DNA of 64,000 nt, taken from assembly GCA_033551855.1 (NCBI GenBank), contig JAWSUI010000007.1, positions 33,553 through 97,552 of the forward strand, read 5' to 3'. The notes under the pieces were generated by a model. That model saw nothing but the letters and a program-made list of their open reading frames with translations, did not search any database and had not been told where the DNA came from. Positions within the stretch are counted from its first letter, which is position 1. Every line of letters starts with the position of its first letter. The translations under genes were made by a program, and so were the position numbers. Source of the stretch: Deferrisomatales bacterium. GTDB taxonomy: Bacteria; Desulfobacterota; Deferrisomatia; Deferrisomatales; JACRMM01. This document shows positions 18,242 to 29,203 of the stretch, one piece after another.

Positions 18242-19567
18242 ATGGGAGACACCCTGCCCACCGACCACCTGCCCGAGCTTCTGGGCCTCCTGGCCGTGCT
18301 GCTCCTGCTCTCGGCCTTCTTCTCGGGGTCCGAGACCGCACTGCTCGGCACCGACTGGCTCAAGATGCGCTACCTGGCACGCAAAGGGAACCGGCGCGCC
18401 CGCATCCACCAAGGTCTCATGGAGCGCAGGGACCTCCTCCTGGGCACCATCCTGGTGGGGAACAACCTGGTCAACATCGCCGCCTCCGCCATCGCCACCG
18501 CCTTGGCCTTGTCAGCCTTCGGCGAGCGGGGCATCGCGGTGGCCACCGGAGCCATGACGCTGCTCCTCCTGGTCTTCGGCGAGATCGCTCCCAAGACCTT
18601 CGCGAGCCAGCGCGCCGAGCCCGTGGCTCTCGCCGTGGCGCCCGTGTTCGCCCTCCTGGGCCGCCTGCTATACCCCGCCGTGGTGGCGGTGACCTTCCTG
18701 TCCAATGGGCTCCTGCGGCTGTTCGGAGCTCGGCCCGAGGCCGCTCTGCGCCCGAGCCTCTCCGAGGACGAGATCCGGACCCTGCTCACGGAAGGGGGCG
18801 CGGGTGCGGCGGTGGCCGAGAGCAAACGGCGCATGCTCCACGGGATCTTCCAGATGGGACGCCAGACTGTGCGCGAAGTCATGGTCCCCCGCACCCGGGT
18901 GCGGGCGTTGGACGTGGCCACGACGGTCCCGGAGGCCGCGGAGAATTTCGTCACCTCCGGGTACACCCGCCTGCCCGTCTACCGGGAGAGCCTCGACGAG
19001 ATCGTCGGGATCGCCCATGCCCGGGATGCCCTGGCCCTTTTGGGCAGGGGCACTGCCGGAACCCTCGCGGCCATCGCGCGGGAACCCCTCTTCGTCCCGG
19101 AGTCCAAGGACCTGGAGAGCATGCTCTACGAGTTCCAGACGCGCCGCACCCACATGGCCGTGGTGGTGGACGAGTACGGGGGGGTCGAGGGGATCGTTAC
19201 CCTGGAAGACGTCCTGGAGGAGATCGTGGGAGAGATCCGCGACGAGCACGACGTGGAGGCGGACTCCATCCGCTTCCTTCCCGGGGGAGAGGTGCTTGTG
19301 CACGGGGGCGTATCGCTGCGGGAGCTGAACCAGCGTCTGAAGCTGCGGCTTCCCACCGATACGGACGTCACCCTAGGCGGGTTCGTGATGACCCGCTTGG
19401 GCCACATTCCCGAGGTCGGGGAGTGCGTGCGCCACGGAAGCTCGGAGCTTCGGGTCGAGCGCACCGGGCGGCACCGGGTCCTCCTGGTCCGGGTTACCCC
19501 CCTGCCTCTTCCCGTCTCGGGGAGGGCGAATACCCCCGGCGGGGACGTGCCCCCGAAGGGTGGCTGA
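18242..19567 (+). CDS. CNNM/DUF21-CBS-CorC (hemolysin-family) Mg/Co transport protein
   Basis: [25 protein letters not shown] and [30 protein letters not shown] motifs. Confidence 0.92.
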   Translation: MGDTLPTDHLPELLGLLAVLLLLSAFFSGSETALLGTDWLKMRYLARKGNRRARIHQGLMERRDLLLGTILVGNNLVNIAASAIATALALSAFGERGIAVATGAMTLLLLVFGEIAPKTFASQRAEPVALAVAPVFALLGRLLYPAVVAVTFLSNGLLRLFGARPEAALRPSLSEDEIRTLLTEGGAGAAVAESKRRMLHGIFQMGRQTVREVMVPRTRVRALDVATTVPEAAENFVTSGYTRLPVYRESLDEIVGIAHARDALALLGRGTAGTLAAIAREPLFVPESKDLESMLYEFQTRRTHMAVVVDEYGGVEGIVTLEDVLEEIVGEIRDEHDVEADSIRFLPGGEVLVHGGVSLRELNQRLKLRLPTDTDVTLGGFVMTRLGHIPEVGECVRHGSSELRVERTGRHRVLLVRVTPLPLPVSGRANTPGGDVPPKGG

Positions 19568-19708
19568 AGCACCGCCGCCCCGGGGGCTTCCAGCCCCCGG
19601 CACAGGACCCCGACGCCGTCCCCGGAGGACCTCTCGCGCTCGATCCTGCCCCACTCGCCACCACTTCAAAAACTTCCTGAAAAGACCGGTAGTTTTTGTG
19701 CTCGAGCC

Positions 19709-19737
19709 TTGACAGGCCCCTGGGCGGTTTGTATAGT
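19709..19737 (+). promoter_or_regulatory. sigma70 promoter of the dcw operon
   Basis: TTGACA-N17-TATAGT upstream of mraZ. Confidence 0.85.
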
Positions 19738-19747
19738 CACGCCCATT

Positions 19748-19772
19748 GTGGGGCGAAGTGGGATAAAGTGGG
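19748..19772 (+). promoter_or_regulatory. MraZ operator (three GTGGG boxes at 10-bp period)
   Basis: GTGGG-gcgaa-GTGGG-ataaa-GTGGG, matching known MraZ-binding repeats. Confidence 0.85.
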
Positions 19773-19794
19773 TGAAGAGCCCAGGGGAGCATGG

Positions 19795-20235
19795 ATGTTC
19801 CGCGGGTGCTACGAGCACACCATCGACGACAAGGGACGCCTGAGCATCCCTTCGCGCCTGCGCGAGGCGCTCGACGCGGCGTTTTCCGGCCCTCTGTTTC
19901 TCACCCGCAAGGACGACTGCTTGGTGGCCTACCCGGCGGACGAGTGGCGCTCCCTCGAGGCCAAGGTCAATGCCCTGCCCTCCTTCGACCCAAAAGTGGT
20001 TGCGTTCCGACGGTTCTTCGTGGCCCCCGCCCAGGAGTGCCCCCTGGACAAAGCGGGCCGGATCTTGATCCCTCCGCACCTGCGGTCCTTCGCCGCCTTG
20101 GAGCGCGAGGTCGTGCTGGCCGGGATGGGGAATCATCTGGAGATCTGGTCCAGGGATCGCCACGATGCCGCGATGCAGGCGGCCCAGGCCGACTTCGCCC
20201 AACTGGCCCAGGCCATGGGGGCTTTGGGCCTGTGA
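19795..20235 (+). CDS. mraZ: Division/cell wall cluster transcriptional repressor MraZ
   Basis: MFRG.YEHTIDDKGRLSIP and LDKAGRILIP motifs. Confidence 0.96.
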   Translation: MFRGCYEHTIDDKGRLSIPSRLREALDAAFSGPLFLTRKDDCLVAYPADEWRSLEAKVNALPSFDPKVVAFRRFFVAPAQECPLDKAGRILIPPHLRSFAALEREVVLAGMGNHLEIWSRDRHDAAMQAAQADFAQLAQAMGALGL

Positions 20236-20564
20236 CGGCCATCGTTAGGGGCACCCGCAGGGGCGTCGCCGTGCTCCGTCCGGTCGGCGAGGTGGGCCGC
20301 GACGAGGGAGAGACGCTCTGCCGGGCGGTGAGCGCAGCCTTGGGGGCCACGGGGGGCGGCGTTCTCGTCGATCTGCGATCCACCCGGCACATCCACTTTA
20401 GGGTGGCTGGCGCCCTGGCCAGGATCGGTCGGGGCCAGCGGCGGCTCGGGCTCGTGGGTCCCACGCCCTACGTGCGGCAGATCCTGCGGGTGGCCGGCGC
20501 CCTGGAAGGAGAACTGCCCGTGTACCGGACCTTTCGCGAGGCGGCCGGAGACCGGACGGCGTGA
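20232..20564 (+). CDS. STAS-domain (anti-sigma factor antagonist-like) protein
   Basis: GVAVLRPVGEV...VLVDLRSTRHIH...LGLVGPTPYVRQILRVAG...PVY pattern; GTGA overlaps at both ends. Confidence 0.75.
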   Translation: MTAIVRGTRRGVAVLRPVGEVGRDEGETLCRAVSAALGATGGGVLVDLRSTRHIHFRVAGALARIGRGQRRLGLVGPTPYVRQILRVAGALEGELPVYRTFREAAGDRTA

Positions 20565-21517
20565 CGGCCCCCTACCACGTGCCCGTGCTCCTGGAGGAGG
20601 CCCTGGGCCTGCTCCTCACGGACACCAACGGGACCTACGTGGACGGGACCCTAGGGGGCGGGGGGCACGCTCGGGGGCTCCTGGCTCGGCTCGGGCCCCG
20701 GGGGCTCCTGCTGGGTGTGGACCGGGATCCCGAGGCCCTGGCCTCCGCGGCGCCCCTGGCGGCCCAGTTCCCCGGCAGGTTTCACCTCGTCCGGGGAGAT
20801 TTCGGGAACCTGGGAGAGATCCTGGCGGCCGAGGGATGGGGGCGCGTCCAGGGCATTCTCCTGGACCTGGGGGTGTCCTCGCGGCAACTGGACGAGGGCG
20901 CGCGAGGCTTCAGCTTCTTGCGGGACGGCCCGCTGGACATGCGCATGGACCCGACGGCGGGCGCACCCGCCTCGGACCTGGTCAACACCCTCGACGAGAA
21001 GGCCTTGGCCCACCTCTTCCGGGAGTACGGGGAGGAGCCGAGGGCGGGCCGGGTCGCCCGGGCCGTGACGCGCGCGCGCACCCGCCGCCCCTTCGCCACG
21101 ACGGGAGAGCTGGCGCGGGTGGTGGAGGAGGCCCTGGGGCGCCGGGGCGGCAAACACCCCGCAACCCGCGTCTTCCAGGCCCTGCGCATCGCAGTGAACC
21201 AAGAACTGGCCTCCCTGGATCGCTTTCTGGGGGCTCTCCCGTCCCTGCTGAAGCCCGGGGGACGAGTGGTGGTGATCGCCTACCATTCCCTGGAGGACCG
21301 CCGGGTGAAGCAGGTGCTGCGGTCTCTTGCCCCCCAGTGCCGCTGTGCCCCGGAAGCCCTTCGGTGCTCCTGCGGCTCGCCGGGCCTGCTCCGGCCCCTG
21401 GGCCGCAAGGCATGGAAGGCGGGGATGGAGGAAGTGCGGGTCAACCCGCGGGCGAGGAGCGCCCGGCTCCGAGCCGCCGAGCGGCTCCCGGATCCCCCCC
21501 GAGGAGGAGCGCGATGA
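20561..21517 (+). CDS. rsmH: 16S rRNA m4C1402 methyltransferase
   Basis: HVPVLL, DGTLGGGGHA, DLGVSS.QLD, GPLDMRMD, HSLEDR, NPRARSARLR. Confidence 0.97.
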   Translation: MTAPYHVPVLLEEALGLLLTDTNGTYVDGTLGGGGHARGLLARLGPRGLLLGVDRDPEALASAAPLAAQFPGRFHLVRGDFGNLGEILAAEGWGRVQGILLDLGVSSRQLDEGARGFSFLRDGPLDMRMDPTAGAPASDLVNTLDEKALAHLFREYGEEPRAGRVARAVTRARTRRPFATTGELARVVEEALGRRGGKHPATRVFQALRIAVNQELASLDRFLGALPSLLKPGGRVVVIAYHSLEDRRVKQVLRSLAPQCRCAPEALRCSCGSPGLLRPLGRKAWKAGMEEVRVNPRARSARLRAAERLPDPPRGGAR

Positions 21518-21840
21518 GCGTCACCAAGCCTGCCCGCGCCTTGGCCCTGCCGGCCCCGCCCTGGTCCCTCCCCGCGCTGGGACGCTGGGGGGTGCGGGCA
21601 GGGGTCTTCGCGCTGTGCCTCTTCTCGGCACTCCTCCTCACCGCCGCCCGGCTGGAGATCACGAGGCTCCACTACGACCTGAGCGACCTCTACCGCCAGA
21701 AGGAGGCCGTGGGTGCAGAGGTCTCGCGGCTGGAGGTGGAGGCTGCGACCCTGTCTTCCTCGCGGCGCATCGAGGAGTTGGCCAAGACCCAGGGCTTCGT
21801 GTACCCGGACCGGAACAGCGTCATCGTCCTCGATGAGTAG
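21514..21840 (+). CDS. ftsL: Cell division protein FtsL
   Basis: TM helix plus coiled coil ending in RIEELAK..GF; lies between rsmH and ftsI. Confidence 0.8.
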   Translation: MSVTKPARALALPAPPWSLPALGRWGVRAGVFALCLFSALLLTAARLEITRLHYDLSDLYRQKEAVGAEVSRLEVEAATLSSSRRIEELAKTQGFVYPDRNSVIVLDE

Positions 21841-23800
21841 GAGAAGGGCGGAAGGGCACCGGGCGGGCCGGGCCGCCCGGTGGCGGATCCGCGTGATCGC
21901 CGGTTGCGTGATGGTGCTCTTCGCCCTGGCTGCCCTCCGAGCCGTGCAGCTTCAGGTCTTCGACGCCCCGGAGCTGCTGGCTCGCACCGAGGATCAGCGT
22001 CGCCAGCGCCTGGAGCTGCTCCCGGCACGGGGGGCGATCCTCGACCGCCACGGGCGGGAGCTCGCCAAGAGCATCCCGGGAGCGAGTGTCTTCGTCGACC
22101 CCTCGAGCCTGCTGGGAGCCCAGGAGGATCTCGAGCGCCTCTGCGCAGCCCTCGGCTTGAAGGTGCGGGAGGCCCGCCAGGCACTCGAGCGAGGGGGGGC
22201 GCGCTTCGCCTGGCTCAAGCGCCGGATCACCCCCCGGGAAGAGGAGGCGGTCCGTTCCCTGGGGATTTCCGGGGTCGGCATCGCCCGGGAGCCCCACCGC
22301 ACCTACCCCAAGAAGACCCTGGCGGGCCAGGTGGTGGGCTTCGTGGGGATTGACGGCCGGGGGCTGGGAGGCCTGGAGTACCGCTTCGACGGGCTCCTGA
22401 GAGGCAAGCCCCGCACCGTGCAGGCCGAGCGGGATGCCCGGGGCTGGCTGCTTCTGACGAGCGCCCCGGACACCGCCGAGGGGAGCGGCAGAAGCCTCGT
22501 CCTCACCTTGGACGAAACCATTCAGCACGTGGTGGAGGAGGAGCTCGCCCGGGCGGTGGACCGGAGCAAGGCTCGGGGCGGTATCGCGGTGGCGATGGAT
22601 CCCGTGACCGGGGAGATTCTGGCCCTGGCGCAGGTCCCCCTCTTCAACCCGAACGCGGTCGCGGACAGCCGGTCCGAGGATCGGAAGGTGCGGGCAGTGG
22701 TGGAGGTGTACGAACCGGGCAGCACGTTCAAGGCTCCTTTTCTCGGGATCCTGTTCGACCAGAGGCTGGCCCGCCCGTCGGACATCGTCTACTGCGAGAA
22801 CGGCCGATGGCCCGTCCACCGGCGCGCGATCCACGACACCAAGCCCCACGGGTGGCTCTCCGTGGCAGACGTCCTGAAGGTGTCGAGCAACATCGGGGTG
22901 GCCAAGCTCTCGGAGAAGCTTTCTCCGCAGGCTCTCTACGACGGCTTGGGGCGCTTCGGCCTGGGGACTCCGACCGGGGTGGAGCTGGGGGGCGAGTCCG
23001 GAGGAATCCTCCCGCCCCCGGCGAGATGGTCCAAGCTCACCCCCAAGACCGTCTCGTACGGCCAGGGCGTCTCCGCCACGGCGCTCCAGGTGGTCACCGC
23101 AATCGCCGCGCTGGGCAACGGAGGGGTTCGGATGAAGCCGCATCTGCTGCGGGCCGTCCTGGACGAGGGAGGCAGGGAGGTGGACCAGGTCCAGCCCGAG
23201 GTGGCCGGGAGGGCCATCGGGGCGGACGCCGCCGCCTCCCTGGTGCGGATCATGGAGCAGGTCGTCTCGGGGCAGGACGGGACCGGTGCCCAGGCGGCCG
23301 TGCCGGGGTACCGCGTGGCGGGCAAGACCGGGACCTCGTGGAAGCCGGACCTGGTCAAGGGGGGCTATCAGCGCGACAAGGTCGTGGTGAGCTTCGCCGG
23401 GTTCGTCCCGTCTCGGGCGCCCCGCCTCGCCCTGCTGGTTGCCGTGGACGAGCCGACCCAGGGCTCCCGTTACGGAAGCACCGTGGCTGCTCCCGCCTTT
23501 CGGGAGATGGCCAGGCGGATCCTGGGCTACCTCAAGGTCCCGCCGGAGCCGGGTGGCGAGACGTCGGGACCGGCCGTCGCCCGGAGGCCCCAACGGGGCG
23601 ACGCAGAGACGCCCATGGGTACCATGCCCGACGTCCAGGGCCTGACCATGCGGGAGGTGCTCCGGCGCCTCGAGGCCGCGGGGGTCAGCCTGCGGGTGAG
23701 CCTGATGGGGTCCGGCGTGGCCGCCACCCAGGACCCGGCCCCCGGAACTCCCCTTGACGGGGGACAGGCGTGCCGGATCGTCTTCCGGCCCCTGTTGTAA
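21833..23800 (+). CDS. ftsI: Septal transpeptidase PBP3 with C-terminal PASTA domain
   Basis: RGAILDR, EPGSTFK (SxxK), SSN, GKTGT; MPDVQGLTMREV PASTA repeat. Confidence 0.95.
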   Translation: MSRRRAEGHRAGRAARWRIRVIAGCVMVLFALAALRAVQLQVFDAPELLARTEDQRRQRLELLPARGAILDRHGRELAKSIPGASVFVDPSSLLGAQEDLERLCAALGLKVREARQALERGGARFAWLKRRITPREEEAVRSLGISGVGIAREPHRTYPKKTLAGQVVGFVGIDGRGLGGLEYRFDGLLRGKPRTVQAERDARGWLLLTSAPDTAEGSGRSLVLTLDETIQHVVEEELARAVDRSKARGGIAVAMDPVTGEILALAQVPLFNPNAVADSRSEDRKVRAVVEVYEPGSTFKAPFLGILFDQRLARPSDIVYCENGRWPVHRRAIHDTKPHGWLSVADVLKVSSNIGVAKLSEKLSPQALYDGLGRFGLGTPTGVELGGESGGILPPPARWSKLTPKTVSYGQGVSATALQVVTAIAALGNGGVRMKPHLLRAVLDEGGREVDQVQPEVAGRAIGADAAASLVRIMEQVVSGQDGTGAQAAVPGYRVAGKTGTSWKPDLVKGGYQRDKVVVSFAGFVPSRAPRLALLVAVDEPTQGSRYGSTVAAPAFREMARRILGYLKVPPEPGGETSGPAVARRPQRGDAETPMGTMPDVQGLTMREVLRRLEAAGVSLRVSLMGSGVAATQDPAPGTPLDGGQACRIVFRPLL

Positions 23801-23840
23801 ACGGACGCGCGCTTCGGGCCCGGCCCGGAGGAGACAGAGC

Positions 23841-25334
23841 TTGCGCCTCTCCCGACTCCTGCAGGGCATGCCTGTCGAGCACCTGGACCCCGGCGACCCG
23901 GAGGTGGCTGGGGTGGCTTGCGACTCGCGCGCCGTGGGCCCCGGCGGCCTCTTCGTCGCCCTTCGGGGAAGCCGAGCCGACGGCCACGACCACCTGGAGA
24001 CCGCCGCCCGTGCCGGGGCGGTCGCCTGCCTCATCCAGGACCCGCGCCCCGGCTTCGGGATGGTCCGGGTCCGGGTCCCCGACCCGGAGGCGGCCCTGGG
24101 TCGGACAGCGTCGGCATTCTACGGGCACCCCTCGCGGGCGCTCCGACTGGTGGGGATCACCGGCACCAACGGGAAGACCACGACCGCCTATCTGATCCAA
24201 CACCTCTTGGAGGCGTCCAGGGTCCGCACCGGCCGACTCGGGACCGTGTCGTACGCATTCCCCCGGGGAGAAGAGCCGGCCCCCCTCACGACCCCTGACG
24301 CCCCCACGCTCCAGGCGGCGCTGGCCCGGATGAGGGACGAGGGCGCAGCGGCCGTGGTGATGGAAGTGAGCTCCCACGCCCTGGTGCGCCGGCGGGTGGA
24401 GGGGTGTGCGTTCGCGTGCGCGGTGTTCACCAACCTGAGCCAGGATCACCTGGACTTCCACGGGTCCATGGAAGCCTATTTCGAGAGCAAGCGGCTGCTC
24501 TTCAGCCGGTACGCGCCCGAGGCCCCCGCCGTGCTCAACGCCGAGGATCCCTACGGCCGACGCCTCCTGGCCGATGCCTCCGCACGGGTTGTGACCTATG
24601 GCCTCAGGGCCGGGGAGGTGCGCTTCGAGCTGGAGGAGTTGGGGCCGCGGACCCTGCGGGGGACCGTGTGCTACCCCGGGGGCCGGGCGGCGGTGCAGGC
24701 CCCCATGGTGGGGGAGCTGAACGCCTGGAACGTCGCCTGCGCCCTGGCGACGACCCATGCGCTGGGCCTGGACGTGGCGGCGGCGGCGGCGGCCCTGGAG
24801 AACGCTCCCCCCATCCCGGGGCGCCTCGAGCTCGTGGACGGCGGCGGCGGGCTTTCCGTGTTCGTCGACTACGCCCACACCCCCGACGCGCTGGAGAGGG
24901 CGCTCACGGCCCTGCGAGGCTTTGGGGGCCGCCGGGTCCTGTGCGTGTTCGGGTGTGGGGGGGACCGGGACCGGGCCAAGCGGCCCCTCATGGCCCGGGC
25001 GGCCGCCAGCTGGAGCGACGCCCTGGTCCTCACGGCGGACAACTCCCGCTCCGAATCGACCGAGGCGATCTTGGATGCGGTCGAGGACGGCCTCCCCCCG
25101 GAGTGGCGCCCGGCGGCGTCCCCCCGGGAGCTGGCCGCCGCCGACCGGAGCTTCGCCCGGGTCCCCGACCGCGCCGAGGCCATCCGCTGGGCCATCCGGG
25201 CCGCCAGGCCGGGAGATGTGGTGCTGATCGCAGGAAAGGGCCACGAGACGACCCAGGCCCTGGGGGATCGGGTGCTTCCCTTCGACGACCGGCTCGTGGC
25301 CCGGGCGATGCTGCGGGAGGGGGCGGGGCCGTGA
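23841..25334 (+). CDS. murE: UDP-MurNAc-dipeptide:meso-DAP ligase
   Basis: [36 protein letters not shown] start after GGAGGAG. Confidence 0.95.
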   Translation: MRLSRLLQGMPVEHLDPGDPEVAGVACDSRAVGPGGLFVALRGSRADGHDHLETAARAGAVACLIQDPRPGFGMVRVRVPDPEAALGRTASAFYGHPSRALRLVGITGTNGKTTTAYLIQHLLEASRVRTGRLGTVSYAFPRGEEPAPLTTPDAPTLQAALARMRDEGAAAVVMEVSSHALVRRRVEGCAFACAVFTNLSQDHLDFHGSMEAYFESKRLLFSRYAPEAPAVLNAEDPYGRRLLADASARVVTYGLRAGEVRFELEELGPRTLRGTVCYPGGRAAVQAPMVGELNAWNVACALATTHALGLDVAAAAAALENAPPIPGRLELVDGGGGLSVFVDYAHTPDALERALTALRGFGGRRVLCVFGCGGDRDRAKRPLMARAAASWSDALVLTADNSRSESTEAILDAVEDGLPPEWRPAASPRELAAADRSFARVPDRAEAIRWAIRAARPGDVVLIAGKGHETTQALGDRVLPFDDRLVARAMLREGAGP

Positions 25335-26689
25335 GGCTGCGCCTGGAGGAGGTGGCGCAAGCCACCCAGGGCCTTCCCGAAGGCCCCCCGGAACTGGTCT
25401 TCCAGGGGGTCTCCACAGACTCCCGCACCACGGCACCGGGAACCCTGTTCATTGCCCTGGCAGGTCCTCGCCACGACGGCCACGATCACCTTGCCGAAGC
25501 GGTGGAACGGGGGGCCACAGGCGTTCTCATCCACCGGGGGACCCCACCGCCGGGTGCGGCCGCGGTCCGGGTCGTCGATACCCTGGTGGGACTGGGCCGG
25601 CTCGGGCGCCACGTGCGGCGCCGCCTGGGCCTGCAGGTACTGGCGGTAACGGGAAGCGTGGGCAAGACCACCACCAAGGAGCTCGCCGCCGCGCTCCTGC
25701 GCGCCGCGGGGCTGAGCACCCTTCAGACGCCGGGAAACTGGAACAACCGGGTGGGGCTGCCCCTCACCCTGCTCGGCGCTACCGGGGAGGAGCAGGCTGC
25801 CGTCTTGGAGCTGGGGATCAGCGAGCCGGGGGAGATGGCCGACCTGACCGGGATCTGCGAGCCCGACGTCGCCTTGATCACCGCCGTCGCAGAGTGCCAC
25901 TGTGAGGGGCTCGGCACCCTCGAGGACATCGCTCGGGAGAAGCTCTCGGTGGTGCGGGGCCTGGCGCCTGGAGGCACCCTGGTACTGCCCCACGGGGCCC
26001 CGCTGCTGCCTCCGCCCCCCGGGGTGAAGACCCTCACCTTCGGGTGGGAAGGGGGGGCCGACGTGCGGGGCACGGACGTGTCCTGCACCGCGGAGGGCGG
26101 AACCACGTTCCGGGTAGAGGGCCGGGAGCTCCGCCTCGCCCTCCCGGGCCGCCACAATGCTTCGAACGCCTTGGCAGCCCTGGCTGCGGCGCGCGCCCTG
26201 GGGGTCCCCTGGGACAACGCCGCCGACGCCCTCGCCGGCGTCCGTCCCGCCCCCCTGCGGGGCGAGGTGCGCACCGCCCCCGGCGGCGCCCACCTCCTGG
26301 TGGACTGCTACAACGCAAACCCCGCTGCGGTAGAGGCCGCCCTGGAGACCCTGGGGGAGCTGGCGGGCCCCTCGCGCAAGCTCGCTGTCCTGGGGGAAAT
26401 GCGAGAGCTCGGCCCCCTCAGCCGGGACGGCCACGCCCGGGTCGGGCGCGCGGCCGCCGCCCTCCCGGTGGAAGAGCTCCACCTGCTCGGCGACGAGACC
26501 GTCCCAGCTCGGGATGCGGCCGTCGCGGCAGGCCTGCCGGCAGACCGCGTCCGGATCTACGCAAACCAGGAAACCCTGGCCGCCGCCGTGCTCGCCCGTC
26601 TGGAGGGCGGTGACTGGATCCTTGTGAAAGGCAGCCGAGCCCTGGGGCTCGAAGCGGTGGCCGACGCGCTGGCCGCCTGGAAGGGATGA
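25331..26689 (+). CDS. murF: UDP-MurNAc-tripeptide:D-Ala-D-Ala ligase
   Basis: [32 protein letters not shown]. Confidence 0.95.
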   Translation: MRLRLEEVAQATQGLPEGPPELVFQGVSTDSRTTAPGTLFIALAGPRHDGHDHLAEAVERGATGVLIHRGTPPPGAAAVRVVDTLVGLGRLGRHVRRRLGLQVLAVTGSVGKTTTKELAAALLRAAGLSTLQTPGNWNNRVGLPLTLLGATGEEQAAVLELGISEPGEMADLTGICEPDVALITAVAECHCEGLGTLEDIAREKLSVVRGLAPGGTLVLPHGAPLLPPPPGVKTLTFGWEGGADVRGTDVSCTAEGGTTFRVEGRELRLALPGRHNASNALAALAAARALGVPWDNAADALAGVRPAPLRGEVRTAPGGAHLLVDCYNANPAAVEAALETLGELAGPSRKLAVLGEMRELGPLSRDGHARVGRAAAALPVEELHLLGDETVPARDAAVAAGLPADRVRIYANQETLAAAVLARLEGGDWILVKGSRALGLEAVADALAAWKG

Positions 26690-26741
26690 CCGTGGACCGC
26701 TCCCCGTGCCGCAGCTCCGTGAGCCCCTGGGGGGGGCACGC

Positions 26742-27818
26742 ATGATCTATCGCCTGTTCTATGCGTTCCAGGAGACGTTCAGCGCACTCAACGTCTTTCG
26801 GTACATCACCTTCCGCTCGGTGGTGGGAATGCTCACCGCCCTGCTCTTGGCGCTCGTGCTGGGCCCCCGGGTGATCCGGGCGCTGCGCCGGCTGAAGATG
26901 GGCCAGGCCGTGCGGGACGACGGCCCCCAGACCCACCTGGCGAAGGAGGGGACGCCCACCATGGGCGGCATCCTGATCCTACTCGCCCTGGGGATCTCTA
27001 CCTTGGCCTGGGCCGACCCCGCAACCCCCTCGGTGTGGATCGTGCTGGGGGTCACCCTGGGCTTCGGGGCCGTGGGCTTCGCCGACGACTATCTCAAGGT
27101 GGCCCGGCGCAACCCCAAGGGCCTCTCGGCCCGGACCAAGCTGTGGTTTCTGGTGGCGATTGCCACCGCCGGCTGCCTGGCCCTCTGGTCCACCCCGGGC
27201 TTCGACACCCGCCTGGCGGTCCCCTTCTTCAAGGACCTGCGGCCGGACCTCGGGTGGCTCTACCTGCCCTTCGCCGTCTTCGTGGTGGTCGGTGCGGGCA
27301 ACGCCGTCAACCTCACCGACGGCCTGGACGGTCTCGCCATCGGCCCGGTCATCACGGCGAGCGTCACCTACCTGCTGTTCTCCTACGCCGCAGGCCACGC
27401 AGGGATCGCCGAGTACCTCCAGATCCCCTTCGTCTCGGGGGCCGGGGAGCTCAGCGTCTTCTGCGCGGCCATGGCCGGCGCCGCGCTGGGCTTCCTCTGG
27501 TACAACGCCTACCCGGCCCAGGTCTTCATGGGTGACGTGGGGGCCCTCGCCCTGGGTGGGGCCCTGGGCATGGTGGCGGTAGTGACCAAATTCGAGATCG
27601 TGCTCGCCCTGGTGGGGGGCGTCTTTGTCCTGGAGACGGGCAGCGTGATGCTGCAAGTGGCCTCCTACAAGATTCGGCGCAAGAGGATCTTTCGCATGGC
27701 CCCCCTCCACCACCACTTCGAGCTCAAGGGCTGGGCCGAGCCCAAGATCATCGTGCGGTTCTGGATCATCTCGATCATCCTGGCCCTGCTCGGCCTCTCC
27801 ACCCTGAAGCTGAGGTGA
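26742..27818 (+). CDS. mraY: Phospho-MurNAc-pentapeptide transferase
   Basis: [34 protein letters not shown]. Confidence 0.97.
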   Translation: MIYRLFYAFQETFSALNVFRYITFRSVVGMLTALLLALVLGPRVIRALRRLKMGQAVRDDGPQTHLAKEGTPTMGGILILLALGISTLAWADPATPSVWIVLGVTLGFGAVGFADDYLKVARRNPKGLSARTKLWFLVAIATAGCLALWSTPGFDTRLAVPFFKDLRPDLGWLYLPFAVFVVVGAGNAVNLTDGLDGLAIGPVITASVTYLLFSYAAGHAGIAEYLQIPFVSGAGELSVFCAAMAGAALGFLWYNAYPAQVFMGDVGALALGGALGMVAVVTKFEIVLALVGGVFVLETGSVMLQVASYKIRRKRIFRMAPLHHHFELKGWAEPKIIVRFWIISIILALLGLSTLKLR

Positions 27819-29203
27819 CGATGGGAACGGGCGGCGGCAGGGCGGTGGTCTTGGGTGCCGGGGTGAGCGGCCGGGCGGCTGCCCGCTTCCTGCTCTCCCG
27901 GGGATGGGCCGTAGACATCCACGACGACGCCCCCAGCGCGGGCCTCCACCCGGGCACGGAGGGCCTGCAGCGAGAGGGTGCGCTGCTGCTGGCAGGAGGG
28001 GTCGCGCTCGATCCGACCCGGTACGACCTGGCCGTGTTGAGCCCGGGCATCTCGGTCCACGCCCCCCGAGTCAGGGCGCTGGCGGAGGCCGGGGTGGAGG
28101 TGACCGGGGAGGTGGAGCTCGCCGCCCGGCACCTCTCCGCTCCGGTGCTCGCCGTCACCGGCACCAACGGCAAGACCACCGTCACCGAGCTCCTGGGGGA
28201 GATCCTGCGGGCCCAGGGGAAGAGGGTGTTCGTGGGGGGAAATCTGGGAACCCCCCTGGTGGAGGCCGTGGGGGGCGACTGGGACTTTCTGGTGGCGGAG
28301 GTCTCGAGCTTCCAGCTGGAGACCATCTCCCGGTTTCGGCCCCGCGTCGCGGTGCTCCTCAACGTTACCGACGATCACTTCGACCGCCACGGCGACCTCG
28401 CCGGGTACGCCCGGGCCAAGGAACGCGTCTTCGAGAATCAGGGCCCGGGGGACGCCGCGGTCGTCAACCGGGAGGACCCGGTGGCCTGGGAGGCGGCGCG
28501 GCGAGCCCGCTCGGCCGTGCTCCCCTTCTCCGTGAGCCGCATCCTCCCGGTCGGCGCCTGGCTGGAGGGAGACGACGCGGTCTTCCTGCTGCCGGGCCAC
28601 GACGGCGTGCGGGTGCCCGCGACCTCCCTGCAACTCCCCGGTCGCTTCAACCGAGGGAACGCCCTGGCTGCGTGTCTCGCCGCCGCCTGGGTCGGGGTCT
28701 CCCCCCAAGGGGCATGGGAGGCCGCCCGGGGCTTCTCCGGGCGGCCCCACCGCCTCGAGCCGTTCCTCTACTGGGAGGGCATACGGTTCGTGGACGACTC
28801 GAAGGCCACCAACGTCGGCGCGGTGGTCGCGGCACTGGACAGCGTCGAGGGTCCGGTGGTTCTGGTGGCCGGCGGAGTGGACAAGGGCGGGGACTACTCG
28901 GCCCTCGCCCCCCCCTTGACGAGCCGGGCACGGGAGGTAGTGCTCGTGGGCGCTGCCGCCCCGCAGATGGCCGACGCCTTGGCCGGCGGCCTGGCCGGGC
29001 GGGTTCCGGTGGGCGTTTTCCCGGACTGGCCCTCCGCGGTGCGCCGGGCGGTGGCTGCCGCGCGCCCCGGCGACACCGTCCTCCTCTCGCCGGCCTGCTC
29101 GAGCTTCGATGTCTTTCAGGACTACGCCGAACGGGGCGACACCTTCCAGCGCCTGTGCCGCGAAGAGACAGCCCGGCTCACGGAGAGGTCGGGAGATGAC
29201 TGA
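27815..29203 (+). CDS. murD: UDP-MurNAc-L-Ala:D-Glu ligase
   Basis: [33 protein letters not shown]. Confidence 0.96.
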   Translation: MTMGTGGGRAVVLGAGVSGRAAARFLLSRGWAVDIHDDAPSAGLHPGTEGLQREGALLLAGGVALDPTRYDLAVLSPGISVHAPRVRALAEAGVEVTGEVELAARHLSAPVLAVTGTNGKTTVTELLGEILRAQGKRVFVGGNLGTPLVEAVGGDWDFLVAEVSSFQLETISRFRPRVAVLLNVTDDHFDRHGDLAGYARAKERVFENQGPGDAAVVNREDPVAWEAARRARSAVLPFSVSRILPVGAWLEGDDAVFLLPGHDGVRVPATSLQLPGRFNRGNALAACLAAAWVGVSPQGAWEAARGFSGRPHRLEPFLYWEGIRFVDDSKATNVGAVVAALDSVEGPVVLVAGGVDKGGDYSALAPPLTSRAREVVLVGAAAPQMADALAGGLAGRVPVGVFPDWPSAVRRAVAAARPGDTVLLSPACSSFDVFQDYAERGDTFQRLCREETARLTERSGDD

